Source of the DNA: Lama glama
Taxonomy: Eukaryota
DNA: 64,000 bases
Direction of reading: 5' to 3'
NCBI GenBank assembly: GCA_028534125.1
Contig: CM052818.1
Coordinates: 19,656,001-19,720,000, forward strand
In this document: positions 1 to 12,314 of the stretch, piece by piece
How the letters are laid out: every line of letters starts with the position of its first letter
How positions within the stretch are numbered: the first letter of the stretch is position 1
Notes under the pieces: generated by a model
What the model was told of the DNA's origin: nothing
Seen by the model: only the letters and a program-made list of their open reading frames with translations
Databases searched by the model: none
Made by a program: the position numbers and the translations under genes

Positions 1-254
1 CAGCAAGCCCTCCAGATGTTACCGAAGCTGAGAAAATCCTCCTGCCCTCATTTCTCCTCAAAAAGTCACAGAAAGCTGAAACCCTAACAGACACGAGAAA
101 AGCTTGCTTTTAGAAATTTTCATCCTTTTGCAACATGAGCACTAAAGAGAACTCAAATTGGTTTATTTATCATCCAGCCTGGAGGGCAGCACTCTGCAAT
201 TCGGTTCAGAGAGCATTTTGGAGCATCTCTCAGGAGCCAGTACTGAGTGGGGTC

Positions 255-430
255 CAGCGTCTCAGACCTGGGGTTTAAACTCTAGTGAAGATTCCAGGAA
301 TTAGGTGGTCCCTCATAGCCTCAGTTACCTCCTCTGTAAAGTGTGGATAACCTGGTGCCTATTTCATAGGATTGCTGTGGAAACTAAATGTCAAATGTCT
401 GGCACATTTACTGATAACTGTTCAATAACT
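255..430 (+). mobile_element. MIR SINE fragment
   Basis: MIR core 'gcctcagttacctcctctgtaaagtg...atttcataggattgctgtggaaactaaatg'; boundaries approximate. Confidence 0.7.
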
Positions 431-573
431 TGTATATATCAATATGCTTGTAGGCATGGATTTATTCAATCAAATCTGTTGGATCTCTGAGGACATAAAG
501 AGGAGTGAGACCCAGTCTCAGCCCTCAAAGAACAGAATATTTAATGAGCTTCTGTGAAGCTGGGAGCTGTATG

Positions 574-636
574 AATATATATATATATATTATACATATA
601 TATATATATATATATACATACATATATATATATATA
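574..636. repeat. (TA)n/(TACA) microsatellite
   Basis: Directly visible interrupted TA run. Confidence 0.95.
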
Positions 637-642
637 CACCCA

Positions 643-785
643 CATATATTTCACTGATTCTAAAATGTACTTTTTCATATTTTCACATCTTTAATTTGAC
701 AACACTCTTTCTTGGTGGTGAATGAAAATGAAATAATGATGTGGCTTACAATCAGTGAAATCTTAAGAGTTGGTGAAAAACAGTA
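643..785 (+). mobile_element. MER104-like (TcMar-Tc2) non-autonomous DNA transposon
   Basis: 'tatttcactgattctaaaatgtactttttcatattttcacatct...aaataatgatgtggcttacaatc...tcttaagagttggtgaaaaacagta' follows the recalled MER104 consensus, with degraded TIRs. Confidence 0.65.
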
Positions 786-1159
786 ATAATTATAAAGACA
801 GAGCCATCAGCTCAGGATCAATTACTGATCCAGTAATTCCAGTACAGGTGACCCAGGATGCTGTCTTCTCTCCTCGGTTATGTCAGCTCCCCGACTGCCT
901 TTGGGGAATGGGAGTGGGAGGGGCCCTGGGTGACTGGACTCATCACCTTCTTGGCGGCTGAGCGGAGCAGTACCCAAACCCCAGTGCACAGATAGGTCCC
1001 GCCCCAGAGAAGGTAGTTGGGTCTGTGTAGGGGAACTTCAGCCAGCTCGGTCCTTCCTTGGCCAGGGGATTCTTTGCCTGAGGGTAGCATCTTAGCTGTG
1101 GGCTCGGGAAAGGATCGTTAACAGTAAACCTCAGTTTGCTCCCAAATGCTGCTTGTCCA

Positions 1160-1296
1160 GGAGCCCACTGAAGCTGTCGCACGCTGGTTAGTGTGAAATC
1201 AGCCACGGTGGGGGCATTTACACCACAGCAATGGGCAAACCCTACCAACCAATGCTTTCCCCTCCTTGAGAGAATCAGTTTACCAGTACATCCTGT
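1160..1296 (+). mobile_element. MER63-like (hAT-Blackjack) 3' end
   Basis: 'tgaaatcagccacggtgggggcatttacaccacagcaatgggcaaac...tttaccagtacatcctg' matches the recalled MER63 terminus. Confidence 0.65.
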
Positions 1297-3944
1297 GACT
1301 TCTCCGTAGCTGGGTGACCTTGAGGGAGGATGTCATGGAAAAGCACTCTGACTGAGACTCTGTCTTTCCATCTGAAAGGGGATCATTGTATTTCTCACCT
1401 CATGGGGTTGTGGGGTAATAAGTAAGTTCATGAGAAAGCACCTAGCCCAGGGCCAGCCTCCATCAATTTGCAGTTTATTCTTTTACTTTAGAAGGTTTCT
1501 ATAATGTCTTCTCCTTGGGAACTTGCCAGAGAGAGAATGGAATGACATGAACATTCTCCATGAGACAGTACAAGTCTTCATGTGGCTACTTAGCATTTAA
1601 ACAGTGAGGATAATAGTAACGAAATTTACAGAAACTTTGATAGTTTGACTAACTGTATTTAAGGCGGCACAACCTCACGTGATAGACACTGCTATCCCCA
1701 TTCTGCAGATGAGCAAACCAAGTCTCAGAGAAGTGACTTACTCTGTGTTACGTGGCTGGTAAGTAAGGCAGGAACCACAATTTTTGATGTATTTATTTTC
1801 TTCCCCATCTCATCACAACAAAGCTTGTGTGAAGAGCCCTGGTGGGGGTGGATAGTAGGTGGGGGGGGGGGGTAAAACACACTAAACGCCCAGGCCCCAC
1901 AAGGTTGCTGCCCAAAGCTTAAAGTTTAGTTGGAAAACTTAAAACACCCGCGAGGCCATCACTTGGGAAGGATGACAGGGCAGAGTTGCAGAGGCCGCCA
2001 TCTGCGGGCGGTTCAATGAATTCACTTACACAAACACAGTGGGGCAATGCAAGATGGCACAGAACCTTCAGACTAACACATCTGCACTTATGTTCCCCTG
2101 GACTGTGTTTCTCGATTGTGTCGCAGTCCTGCTACCTTTGCCTTGGTGTCTGCAGGGGAAGCTGAGCTCAGGGCTGAGGCGGCTCTTCCTTCTTTTTCCC
2201 TTGGTTGCAGTTAAACTTTCCATTTTCTCCAAGACAAACACCAAATTCTTGAAAGCTGAAGCCGTCCACCCTGGGTGTGAACGAGGTTGGTGATTTAGTC
2301 TTTGGTTTCTCCAAGTATGACCTTTATTGCCCAAGTTGCTTATTGACTTATGAGCTGATTAAAAGGAAGGGGGAAAAACCCTCTCCCAATTAAAGATGCA
2401 CACCAGAATTTCAAGTTGAAATTCAGCAGCAGTTTGGCTGCAGTTGAGGAAACAGAATTTGAGCCAGATTAAGTCTTTGCATTAAGAAGGTATTCAAGGA
2501 TCCAGCCCTGTGGCTCCAAGGAGTACACTGTCTTCCCTTAGACAAGGAGAAAGTTAGCTGCCTTCACTTTGGGCTTTGCTGAGAAGATGAGGTAATTATT
2601 CAAATAATTCAGGAACCCAGAGGGAGCAAGGGGGACGCGGCCGCCTAGTGTCTGGAGATGGCCACCATCAGCTGTCCTGATCACATCACCTCCAGGCCAC
2701 CTGGTCACACAAGCCCGCTGGGTCCCTGAGCCCTCGTCTGTGGCTTAGTGAAGGAGTGGCTTCTTAAAGGGCTGCAGATGGAGGGCTGGGGCTGAATCTT
2801 GTACAGATGTGTCTGGTCAGTGCAGGGTTTTAACTTTTCTTCCCTTCCCAAAATATGTGTGCTGTCAGGAGGGGAATTCTACAATTCATACTTCTCACTG
2901 TTTCCTGGTTTTTACACCCACTTCACACACCCACAGAATGGGAGCCTGGTAAGGACTCTTTCATCTTTAAAGATTTCATGCTTAAGATATTTGTGATTCA
3001 TCCACATCTTGAAATACTAAGAATCGTTTTGTTAAAAAATATTTGTTAATATGGGAAAATATTCACAAGGTAATGCTACGTGTAGCAATGAATGCTGGTT
3101 TTAGAAGTCACGTTCTGAAATGGTAACTCTGGAATTCTCTGGGCTTTGAGATGAAGGGTGACTGTGGGTTTTTAAATCTTTCTGCATCGGATGATATCCT
3201 AAGTGTTAATTTCTCTTTGAGGCCCAGGTGAACTGTAAGCTCTCCAAGTGCAGGGTCTGTGCTAATGTATTTCTTGATATGTCCATTGTGGCCATTTCAG
3301 GGATACAGGAGCCAAGAGCTAAATATCTGTTGAATGAATTAATGAGTGCTTTTCTGTGCAATGAACATATAATATTTTTATCATTATTAAAGGGTTGGGA
3401 GAGCAATAAATTTTAATGTACAAAAATAAGATGTACTCTGATGAAAATTCATATCCTTAAATGCCTTCATTAGAAAACAAACAACATCAACAACTTACAG
3501 AAGTTTGAATATTGGGTAAGTAAACAAATGTTGAACAGGGCTTCTGCTGTTGTGTCAGCTTCAGGGGGAGACATCGTGATGTCCAGGGGCTCCCAGCTGT
3601 GGGGAGTGTCTGAAGAGCACACAGAGCCTCCTCCAGAGAGTCAGCGAGGATCTCCTGAGCCACCTGAGCCACCTCGGGGCTGATCTGCTGGCCAAGGGGA
3701 GGGGGGATGTTGAAATTGGGTGAGAGTTTGAGGTGTTGATAGTCAGGTGAACTGTTTTTATTATACAAAATGGGAATCTTTATTTATACCCAAGAGTAAC
3801 TGGAAAGCTATGGAACCTGCCTGTGATTTCATTGGAAGGACATGAGTTGCTGGAAACCCTTTTGAGCCTCTACTGGCCCCCTCCTCAGGCAGACCATCAC
3901 GTGAATGGATTCCACTTGTCAGTGATAAGAACTGCTGTGTCCTT

Positions 3945-4016
3945 CATTGTAACTGACTACACTACAATTTAAAAAAAATAATAAAAATTAAAAATTAAAA
4001 CAAAATAAAACAAGAA
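3945..4016 (+). mobile_element. Extremely 5'-truncated L1 3' tail with A-rich tail
   Basis: 'cattgtaactgactacactacaatt' plus A-rich tail, flanked by an 18-bp TSD aagaactgctgtgtcctt (3927-3944) / aagaacttctatatcctt (4017-4034). Confidence 0.75.
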
Positions 4017-4529
4017 AAGAACTTCTATATCCTTAAAGGAGCCTTGTCACCTGTGTCCCTGTTCCTTCAGGTCCACTGTCCTGTGCAGTCCCGGTACTCA
4101 GTACATGTCCAAGGAAGTCAGCACATGTTTGTAAGTGGAAGGAGAGGGGATCCTCAGGCAGCTGGGTCTGCTGCACTTGGCACATTTGGTGAAACTTGGT
4201 GGAGCAAGAAAGCAAGACCGAGAGGACACATGTATGTGTGTCAACAAGGTCGGGGACAGTGGTGGTGTGCATTGGTAGGAGCCAAACAGATTCAGCTTCT
4301 GGGCTTGGATCAGGTGCAGCTGCTGCTTCCCAAGTTACCAAACCCTGCACCCAGGCCTCCTCCCAGGGTCTCTGTTGCCCATAGGGTTTGACGGGGGTCA
4401 GCAATACAGCTTCATGTAAATGAGCCTGGACAGAAACTGTGTCCTACTTCTGGTCCCTCCCCACCAGCTTGCACTTGCTAAAAGCATACTGTTTGATTCA
4501 CCGACTGGCAGGGCGGGATAAGGTCTATT

Positions 4530-4667
4530 TAGTGCTCAACTTGGCTGTACATCAGAGTCACCTGGGCAGCTTTTAAAGCTACCAGGGCCCAGGCTCCACC
4601 CTGGACCAATTACATCAGACTCTCTGGGGGTGGGACTCATCAAGCAGACCTTTTAAAGACTCTCCCC
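4530..4667 (+). mobile_element. MER5A-family (hAT-Charlie) fragment
   Basis: 'ctcaacttggctgtacatcagagtcacctgggcagcttttaaa...accaattacatcagactctctggggg'. Confidence 0.75.
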
Positions 4668-5552
4668 TGTGCCCATCCCCCACAATCAATACCAACCAGC
4701 AGGGTCAGCTGAGAGCCGGACTGTAGCTGCATTCCGGCTGCTTATCCTGGTGTCATCCTGGCCCTGGCTGACCCCTAAGCGCTCTCTCAAAACATATATC
4801 TGGGGCTTAATGAGTAGGGGTGAGGCTGGGGTGATCCCTGCCATCTGTGAGGCTGCCTCTGGCTGTGGAAGATGTAACAGGCTCGCAGTAGCGTGGGCTG
4901 ATTTCTCACAAGTGCAATTTACAAGGTAAAAATTTCTCTCTTCATAAAAATGTTCCATGTTCCTGTCACGAAGGGTAATTGAGGCTTTTAGCTTCTGTGT
5001 CACAGTCATCATGTATTTCTTTATGTGCCTGGTGGTATCGCCCACGGGGAATTAAGACATACTCTTGGTCAGTGAGTAACAGAGAAGCAGTATGAAATGG
5101 ACATCCAGGCCAGGTGACTCAGCCGGGACCCGAGTCCTTGGAGAGCATCTCTTCCTGTTCCCATCCCTCAGTTTGCTCAGACTATAGTGAAGGAGGGTGG
5201 AAAAATCTGGAATGGCTTGTGCTTCCTCGTCTGTAAAAGGGGGTGACTATATTTACTTCTTGGGGCGACTGTGAGGGTTAAAGGGTGCAGTGAATATGAA
5301 AAATTTGGTGCGCAGCATAGCGGGCGATGCACGGTCTCTCTCTTTCCCCACAGGGCCCTGAACACACAAACACCATTTTACCTGCAGCAGGAGCCGAGAA
5401 ATACTTGTGAACTGAGTTCCAAACAGCTGTGGGTTAGGGCCAGTGAGAATACTGTTGGGGTATTTTAGGCCTGTTCCCCTTACCTGCCAAGAAGCCCTGT
5501 GCTCTCTTGAGAGCCCATAGTCCAGAGAAGGGCTCCCCACTCCCTGAGATGG

Positions 5553-5568
5553 GAGCCCCCTAGTGGCA
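5553..5568 (-). promoter_or_regulatory. CTCF core motif (candidate insulator)
   Basis: Minus strand TGCCACTAGGGGGCTC closely matches the CTCF core CCACYAGRKGGC; motif match only. Confidence 0.55.
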
Positions 5569-6956
5569 GGCTGTCGGGCCCTTGTTACTTCTCAGGCTGC
5601 CTCCTCACCTCATCTGCAACCCTGTGGGGTACTTAGACCCCCAAATAAAACAGATACCATTCTTTCTCCTGACAGATAGGGAAACAGTAAGAGAAGCTAA
5701 GCTATTTGTCCAGGGCACAGAGCTAGTTCCTCCGTGCCAGTCATTTTCCCAGGCGTGGTGCCTGGCGGTGACCCTGTGCCCCAGGCCCGCTGGACTCAGG
5801 AATGAGACTGCCCCCTGGAGAGTCCTCCTGGGAGTGGAGTCTTGGGAGGAGGGAACCTTGGCGTTGGGAGCTTCCCTCCTCAGGGTCAGGGTATAGAACT
5901 GAGAAATCCAAAGACAGGAGATGGGGAACCAGGGTGCCTGGGAAGAGAAAGGATGGGGGTACGAGGACCTGGGGTTGGTCCAGGATGTGTCCGCTGCTCC
6001 CAAGCAGCAAAGGCACCAATGCATTAGGGAAAAACGGCCAACTGCTGACTAACCAGGAGGTTTCGTCCTCTGGAAAGAGCCCTGCAGTGGAGCTAGAGAT
6101 GCCTGCGTTGGGCCTCCAGGTCTGCAGTGGTTGGAATGGTGATATCAGGAGTCTGAAGCCGGTGTGTCCCAGAGAGTGTGTGAGAGGTGGGGAGCGTCCC
6201 TAATCCTGGTTCTGCTAGCCACCAGCTGGTGGTCTTGGGCCGAGCTGAACTGTCTTGCATGCCTTGGTGCTCATCTTGCTGAAGTGGTGGTAGTAGTATC
6301 TATCTCAGTGCGCTGTTATGAGGATTAATTAAGGTAACACATAAGAAAGCTCTTGGAAATTTCCTGGCCCACAGCAAACACTACGTATGTACCTGCTACC
6401 ATCTGTGCACATCCGTGAAGGTGCCGACACATGGCAGGCACTCCAAACTCAGGGAATCTGAATTTATCACTCCTTTTCCAGGGAGCAGGGGACAGCAGAG
6501 CCCTCTGTCTCAGGATAACTCCCCACAGCTCCACTTTGCATGTCCACTACCCAGCTCTGCTTGGTCAAGTTGGGCAGCCCGACTAGGGTTCAGGTTCAAT
6601 GTACCTGGGACATGACATTCTGTGTGTGCTTTTTGTTTGTTTCTTTTGTGCTTTGGTGGTGTTTGGCCAATCTGATATGGGTGAAATAATGCATTATTTT
6701 TGTTTTAATTTGCACTTCTCTGAATACCAGTTCTAAACTGACCACTGTATTTCACTTTCCTACTAATCTCAACCCAGAGACTGACTGGTGTGTGACTTGC
6801 ACTTTAAAGTTTACAAAGCGCCCTCCCAGAAGAGCTAACGCAGGCCTCCCAACCAGGAGATGGGGTTTGCTCGTTGTCCCGAGTGCAGGGCTATGGAAAC
6901 TGAAGCTAAAGACATGGAGTCGAGTCCGAGATGCAAGTGGGCTTGAATATGGATCT

Positions 6957-7119
6957 TCTCCTTTTTGTTAAAATTGAAGTATAGTTGATTTACAATGTTG
7001 TGTTAGTTTCTGGTGTACAGCATAGTGATTCAATTATACACACATATATATTCTTTTTCATTATAGGTTATTACAAGATATTGAATACAGTTTCCTGTGT
7101 AGGACATTTTGTTGTTTTA
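6957..7119 (-). mobile_element. Truncated L1 3' end (Laurasiatherian type)
   Basis: 'ttgaagtatagttgatttacaatgttgtgttagtttctggtgtacagcatagtgattca...'; TSD aatatggatct at 6946-6956 and 7120-7130. Confidence 0.85.
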
Positions 7120-7186
7120 AATATGGATCTAATGTCCAAGCCTGGAATGTTCTTGCTGCCAAAAATACTTAAAACACCTCATTTTT

Positions 7187-7292
7187 TATTTTCTTAATTT
7201 AATTTAATTTTTGTTAATGGAGGTAGTGGGGATTGAACCCAGGACCTTGTGCATGCTAAGCATGCACTCTACCACTGAGCTATACCCTTCCC
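7187..7292 (-). mobile_element. tRNA-Ala-derived SINE (vic-1 type, camelid)
   Basis: Minus strand gggtatagctcagtggtagagtgcatgcttagcatgcacaaggtcctgggttcaatcccc...cctcca with A/B boxes and an A-rich tail; TSD cacct(c/g)attttt at 7175-7186 and 7292-7303. Confidence 0.85.
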
Positions 7293-7711
7293 ACCTGATT
7301 TTTAACATAGCTCTATAGACTTTCATATTTTCGATTCTTTTCTTAATGTATTTCAGAAATAGCATTACTTTTTCCCCCTCATACTGTCATGCTGGTTATC
7401 ATTTGATTGGCTGCATAATATAACATTTTACCATAATTTACTCATCAGCCCCAGGTCATCGCTCATTTAGGCCATTCTGGTGTTGCTGTATTAGAAGCAA
7501 TGCTGCAACAACCTTTTGGGGCCAGAATAATTGTCTGACTCAGAATTACTTCCGTAGAGCAAATTCACAAGAATGGAATTAAGGACTCGATGAGCGTGGA
7601 CATTTTTATGACTCTCAATTCATCTTGGTATCATTGACCTCCAAAGGAAGCAGGCCTATTTATTCACTGTTCATCAATGTATGCATTCCTTGCTTTGTTT
7701 AGCCAGCTATA

Positions 7712-7801
7712 TATCCACCCATCCATCTATCCAAGCACCTATTTATCCATCCATCCATCTATCCACCCAGCCAGCCAGCCAGCCCACCAGCCAGCCAACC
7801 A
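7712..7801. repeat. (CCAT)n/(CCAG)n tetranucleotide repeat
   Basis: Visible atcc/ccag runs. Confidence 0.85.
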
Positions 7802-8389
7802 GTGTACACTGCATTTCCTCTAAGCCTTAAATATATTGCAGAAGTCCCACATGAGCGTGCATTCTGGTAGATGCATGTGGATGTGAGCATAGTGGGGGAA
7901 GCCTCTGCCCTACCCTCCACCCTATACCCTAGCTTCTACCCTTTCCTTAGACCATTGCCCTGAGCACCATGTTCCCAGGCTCTGCCTCTACACCCCCACC
8001 CCCTTCCGCTGCCCTCAGCTGACTCCCTCGATGATGCTGGCAGTCTTGGCTCCCTCAGTCTCCCTTTGCTTATTTTGGAAAGTCTGGCCATTTAACTGTA
8101 GCTGCTGGAGTCATTTGGTTCCAGCTGTTTCCCCAGGGCCTGGCTGGTTGAGGGTCTGTGCCGGAGACAGCCAGCCTGAGTTGGGGGAGGTCAGTTCCCT
8201 GGGGGAGAGAGAGGCCAGCAGTAGCTCTGAGACATCCTCAAAGGCCAGTGGCCTGTTGTGGGAGAATTGACTGTGGGTGAGCTTGGCCCCAGCCTTCCCT
8301 CGGAGCCTTAGAAAGTCACAGGATGTTTCTGAGATGCTCTGCTCCCTCCCCTCTGCAGCCTGTGGTCCACCGACACCAGGTTGTCACAC

Positions 8390-8430
8390 TGTGTGTGTGT
8401 GTGTGTGTGCGCGGGCGCGCGCGCATGTAT
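8390..8430. repeat. (TG)n-(CG)n alternating purine-pyrimidine tract
   Basis: tgtgtg...tgcgcgggcgcgcgcgcatgtat. Confidence 0.9.
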
Positions 8431-8779
8431 TTGGGGACATTGGGAAACACTGTGTGGGACTCTTTTTTGTATAAGAGAATCTTGACAATGAGGTTTTTTT
8501 CTTTAAATTAAAAATCCTCTCTGTTTCTTTGTTAAATAAGTAAAATATTGCTATGGTAGAAAGTACAGAGAAGCAATAAAAAATCATTTCTGATTCTACC
8601 CTCAAGCAGTGGCTATGCTAATACAGGGTGCCCACTGTTTGAAGGCAACTAGCATGGCTAAAGTGTGGCTTGGCTGGGTCAAGGAGGGCACAAGGCTGGA
8701 AGTCGTGGATTAAGGCCAGATTATTTTGTATCTCCAGGAGCCATACAGAGAGAGGTCATGGGCCTTATCCTTGGATCTG

Positions 8780-8950
8780 GGGTCAGAGCCTAACGCTGGC
8801 CATTTCCTAGTTGTGTGACCTTGGACAAGTTACTCAACTTCTCTGAACCTTTCCTTGCTTGTCTGTAAGATGGGAACAATAGTATGTGCCTCATGGGACT
8901 AAATGAGAGTGAACGTGCCTCGTGCCTGGCGCGTGGTAGAAGCTTTTCAA
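8780..8950 (+). mobile_element. MIR SINE
   Basis: 'tagttgtgtgaccttggacaagttactcaacttctctgaacct...tctgtaagatgggaacaata'. Confidence 0.8.
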
Positions 8951-9413
8951 TAATGTCAGTCCCTCCCTGGGGAGTTTGAGTTGTCCTGTGAAACTATATT
9001 TTCAGCAAGGGAGGGGAAAATTGATTTATGAATGATCGACTCTTTGAAAATCCTTTGCAGCCTCATAGGACCCAGCGCTGGTGAGATGTGAGGGATGTAG
9101 CCTCTCACAGGCTGCTGGAAAGGGGTTTTCTTTGGTACAGTCTTTTCTGGGAGAGAAATTAAGTGTTTGCATCAAAACACTTGAAAATCCCAATGCCTAC
9201 CATGTACTCCAGCAATGCAACTATAAACAAGGGCCTGATGGAAATGATCGGTCAAGATGCAGGTACAGTGGTCCTCCTTCATAGTGTTGTTTTCCATGTA
9301 AAAAGGACAGATAAGCTAACTGTCAAACCACAGGGCCCATGCATCTAACCCTGACGCATCCCCACAACGGAAATACTACCAGGAATGAATGAAATTTTAA
9401 ATCTAGGCTTATT

Positions 9414-9509
9414 GGAGTTGGTGAAGGGTATAGCTCAGTGGTAGAGCGCATGATTGGCATGCATGAGGTCCTGGATTCATCCCCAGTGCCTCTGTTAAGG
9501 GGGAAAAAA
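9414..9509 (+). mobile_element. tRNA-Ala-derived SINE (vic-1 type)
   Basis: 'gggtatagctcagtggtagagcgcatgattggcatgcatgaggtcctggattcatcccc'; 16-bp TSD taaatctagg(c/t)ttatt at 9398-9413 and 9510-9525; sits in an old L1ME-like fragment. Confidence 0.85.
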
Positions 9510-11389
9510 TAAATCTAGGTTTATTAACATGAAAAAATGTAATATATTTTTGAGTGAAAACAATGAAGGGTGGACATACAGTTTGATTTCATGTTTATAA
9601 AAACTTATATGTACCCACATTTGTATAGAAAATGTTTGTGGAGATTTCTAAGGCCCAACACATTTGCGTTCTTTAGAATGCTGCCCAGATCAGAAAACAG
9701 ACACATTCCTGCCTCAGTTTCCCCAGGATAGGGTTGGGGACGGATGTGGAGACCAGCATCTCTCAGCCCTGCCTGCTGGTAGAGGGGAATTCAGGCGTCC
9801 ATGCGGGGCAGGAGAGGCTCTGTTCATTTACTGTGTAGGGAACAGAGAGGGTCAAGGTCAACCCTGGCCTTGGGACATTGGCCCAAAAGTATTTAAGGAG
9901 CAGTCTCTACCTGCAACGCACTGTGCCAGGTGTACAAGATGAAAAGGCCACAGCTGTTGCTCTTAAGGAGCTCAGTCTGAGGGAGGGGGGGACAAAAACG
10001 AACTTTATGTGACTGGTAAGAGGGGGTGACCCAGAGGAGAAAGGGGTGCCCTGCTTGGGGGAGCAAGGAGTAGTACTTCCCCACTGCACCACTAAGGGAT
10101 CCTTCCAGAGGCTGATGTTGTACCGCCTTGGCCCTGTTATCCTTAAGACACATGCTTATGATTGGTGGACAGTCATTTTTACCACAGATGTGTTAGGAAA
10201 TAGTGATTTTCCACATACATGCTGCCCCAGGTGCACTCAAGGGGGTCCAAGCAGGCATGGACACACATACACATGCACACACACAAAGGCACGCACACAT
10301 GCAAAGTCACAAGCCCAGAGCAAAATGAGAAAAGTCAGCTTCTGCAGTCTGATTCCTCCAAGGATGACCAACACAAACAATGCAGGGTGACTCATTGCCT
10401 GTGACTCACCACGCTGCAGGGCTGAGGTCCTGCCAGCTCAGGGCAAGCATCTCATTATTTGCCCTTTCGTTCTCAGAGATGGAGGGGTCCCCCAACCAGG
10501 CCTCCGTCTCCAAACAAGGTGAGCCTGGAGAGGGGCAGCTCATTAACGTAGAAAGTAGAGGAGCGTCCGAGAGAAAGTCACCTGATCTGGGCAGTGAGGG
10601 TGATGGGAGGAGGTCTTACTTTACAAAAGGATTTACGGAAGATGTATTTCAACACAGCATTCCCCACTGGGCATTCAGAACAGGGTATAATTTCCCCCAA
10701 ACCCTGACTTCCTGGCATCTTTTCAGGAATCTGTTGATTGTGCAAAGTGAGGTTGGAGGGTTGAGGGTGAGAAATATCGAGGGGCAGGGAGCAGAAATTC
10801 CCAGTTGAGAAGTTAGACAGGGTTTTGAACAATTGGGGCCACTTCCTCCCACCACCTGGGGCCCAGTGACTTACCCATCCCCTGTCATCACCTTTACCCA
10901 CCTCCATCTCCCCCACCCTCCTTCCTTCTCATCTGGCCCTGCGCTATGAGCTGGAGAGTGAGGGGAGAGGCAGCCCCGGTCCTTGCTGGCAGCTTTATTC
11001 TGTTCAGCTGCTCCTGAGAACACTTCCAGAGGATCAGGTTCCTTCCCCTGCCATCAGTGTTTATCAGGCATTCACTGCAGATCTGCGATGTTCTAGGGTA
11101 TTGGTGGGGGGCGGGATGCAAGAGACCAGCTGTCTGGCCAGGAGTCAAGACATCCCATGTGGTGTGCCCAGTGAAGGGGGGCTTTCAATTTTTATCCTGG
11201 GGTGGAGGCATCTGGAAAGACTGCCGCGTGGGGGCCAAGCTTCAGTTCCGAGCAGATGCTGCTGCATTCTATAGCGGGCTTCCCCAGTGCTGGGCAACAA
11301 GGTACCTAAGTCAGTAGGTCGGTAGCTACCCGTGATTCTGGGGGAGGGTGGCTGCATGTTCTCGTCCATCTGGGCCTGGGCTCCAGCCC

Positions 11390-11439
11390 TGTGGCACACG
11401 GAGCTCTGTTACTACCAAGGGTCTGAGCACTCAATTCCA

Positions 11440-11476
<37 letters not shown>

Positions 11477-12314
11477 TGTGTGCGTGTGTGTGTATTTCAC
11501 CACAGCAGTGCTCTGACACCAGCCCATTGTCCTACAATTCAACCCAATTCTGACACTGTCTACCTGGGAACAGTGTCAGAGTCCATGGGTTAAGGGCTCA
11601 GTCCTACGAGACTGCCCCAGCTTCAGATGCCAGTTGCAAGCCTAGGTTGTTACTTGTGCTTCTGCTTGACTAGATATAAATTAGAATTCAGCCCATTTCT
11701 GTAGGCTCGATTTATTTGCTAAAATGGCTCACAGAACTCAGGATATGTGTTCACTCACTAGATTACTGATTTATTACAAGGAACATCAAAGAATACCAAT
11801 CAACAGTCAGATGAAGAGATAGAGTGCGGTCTTGAAGAAAGGAACTTCTGTCCTCACAGAGTTGAGGGCCTGGCTCAGTGGAAGTGATTTTTTTTCCCCA
11901 ACCTGGAAGCTCCCCGAATGCAGTCCTGTTTTGGATTTTTATGGAGGCTTCATTAGAAAGGCATGATTAAGTCACTGGCCGCTAGTGATTGATTCAACCT
12001 CCAGCCCCTCTCCCTCCCTGGAAGACGGGGTGGGACTGAAAATTCTCCCTTTCCCTCTCCCTCCATGTTGGTTTCCATGGCAACCACCCCTCATCTTTAG
12101 GTGCTTCCCAAAAGTCACCTCGTTAGTAGGAACCCAGTTGTGGTGCAAAGAACTTCTTATGAATAACAAAACACCCATTTCACCTTTATGGCTCATAAAA
12201 CGGAAAGGGCCCAAGGGAACTTTCAGAACACAGGAGATGCTGGTACCAGGTAGTCCTGAGACAGAGGCCCAAGGGCATGGAAGGGCTGTGGTATCTCAGA
12301 GATAAATATCATCA
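11390..12314 (-). mobile_element. MER21-family solo LTR with internal (TG)n
   Basis: 'caattctgacactgtctacctgg...gtcagagtccatgggttaagggctcagtcc...cttcagatgccagttgcaag', 'tttttatggaggcttcatta', 'gattcaacctccagcccctctcccctcc' are MER21 hallmarks; ends approximate. Confidence 0.7.
11444..11492. repeat. (TG)n microsatellite
   Basis: Directly visible. Confidence 0.95.

Noticed and set aside
7218..7292. Functional tRNA-Ala(AGC) gene (also at 9421 and 21500)
   Set aside because: Acceptor-stem mismatches, CpG-decay substitutions, A-rich tails and TSDs indicate SINE copies
11549..11580. 11-bp hairpin tctgacactgt...acagtgtcaga
   Set aside because: Lies inside the MER21-type LTR and appears to be part of that family's sequence
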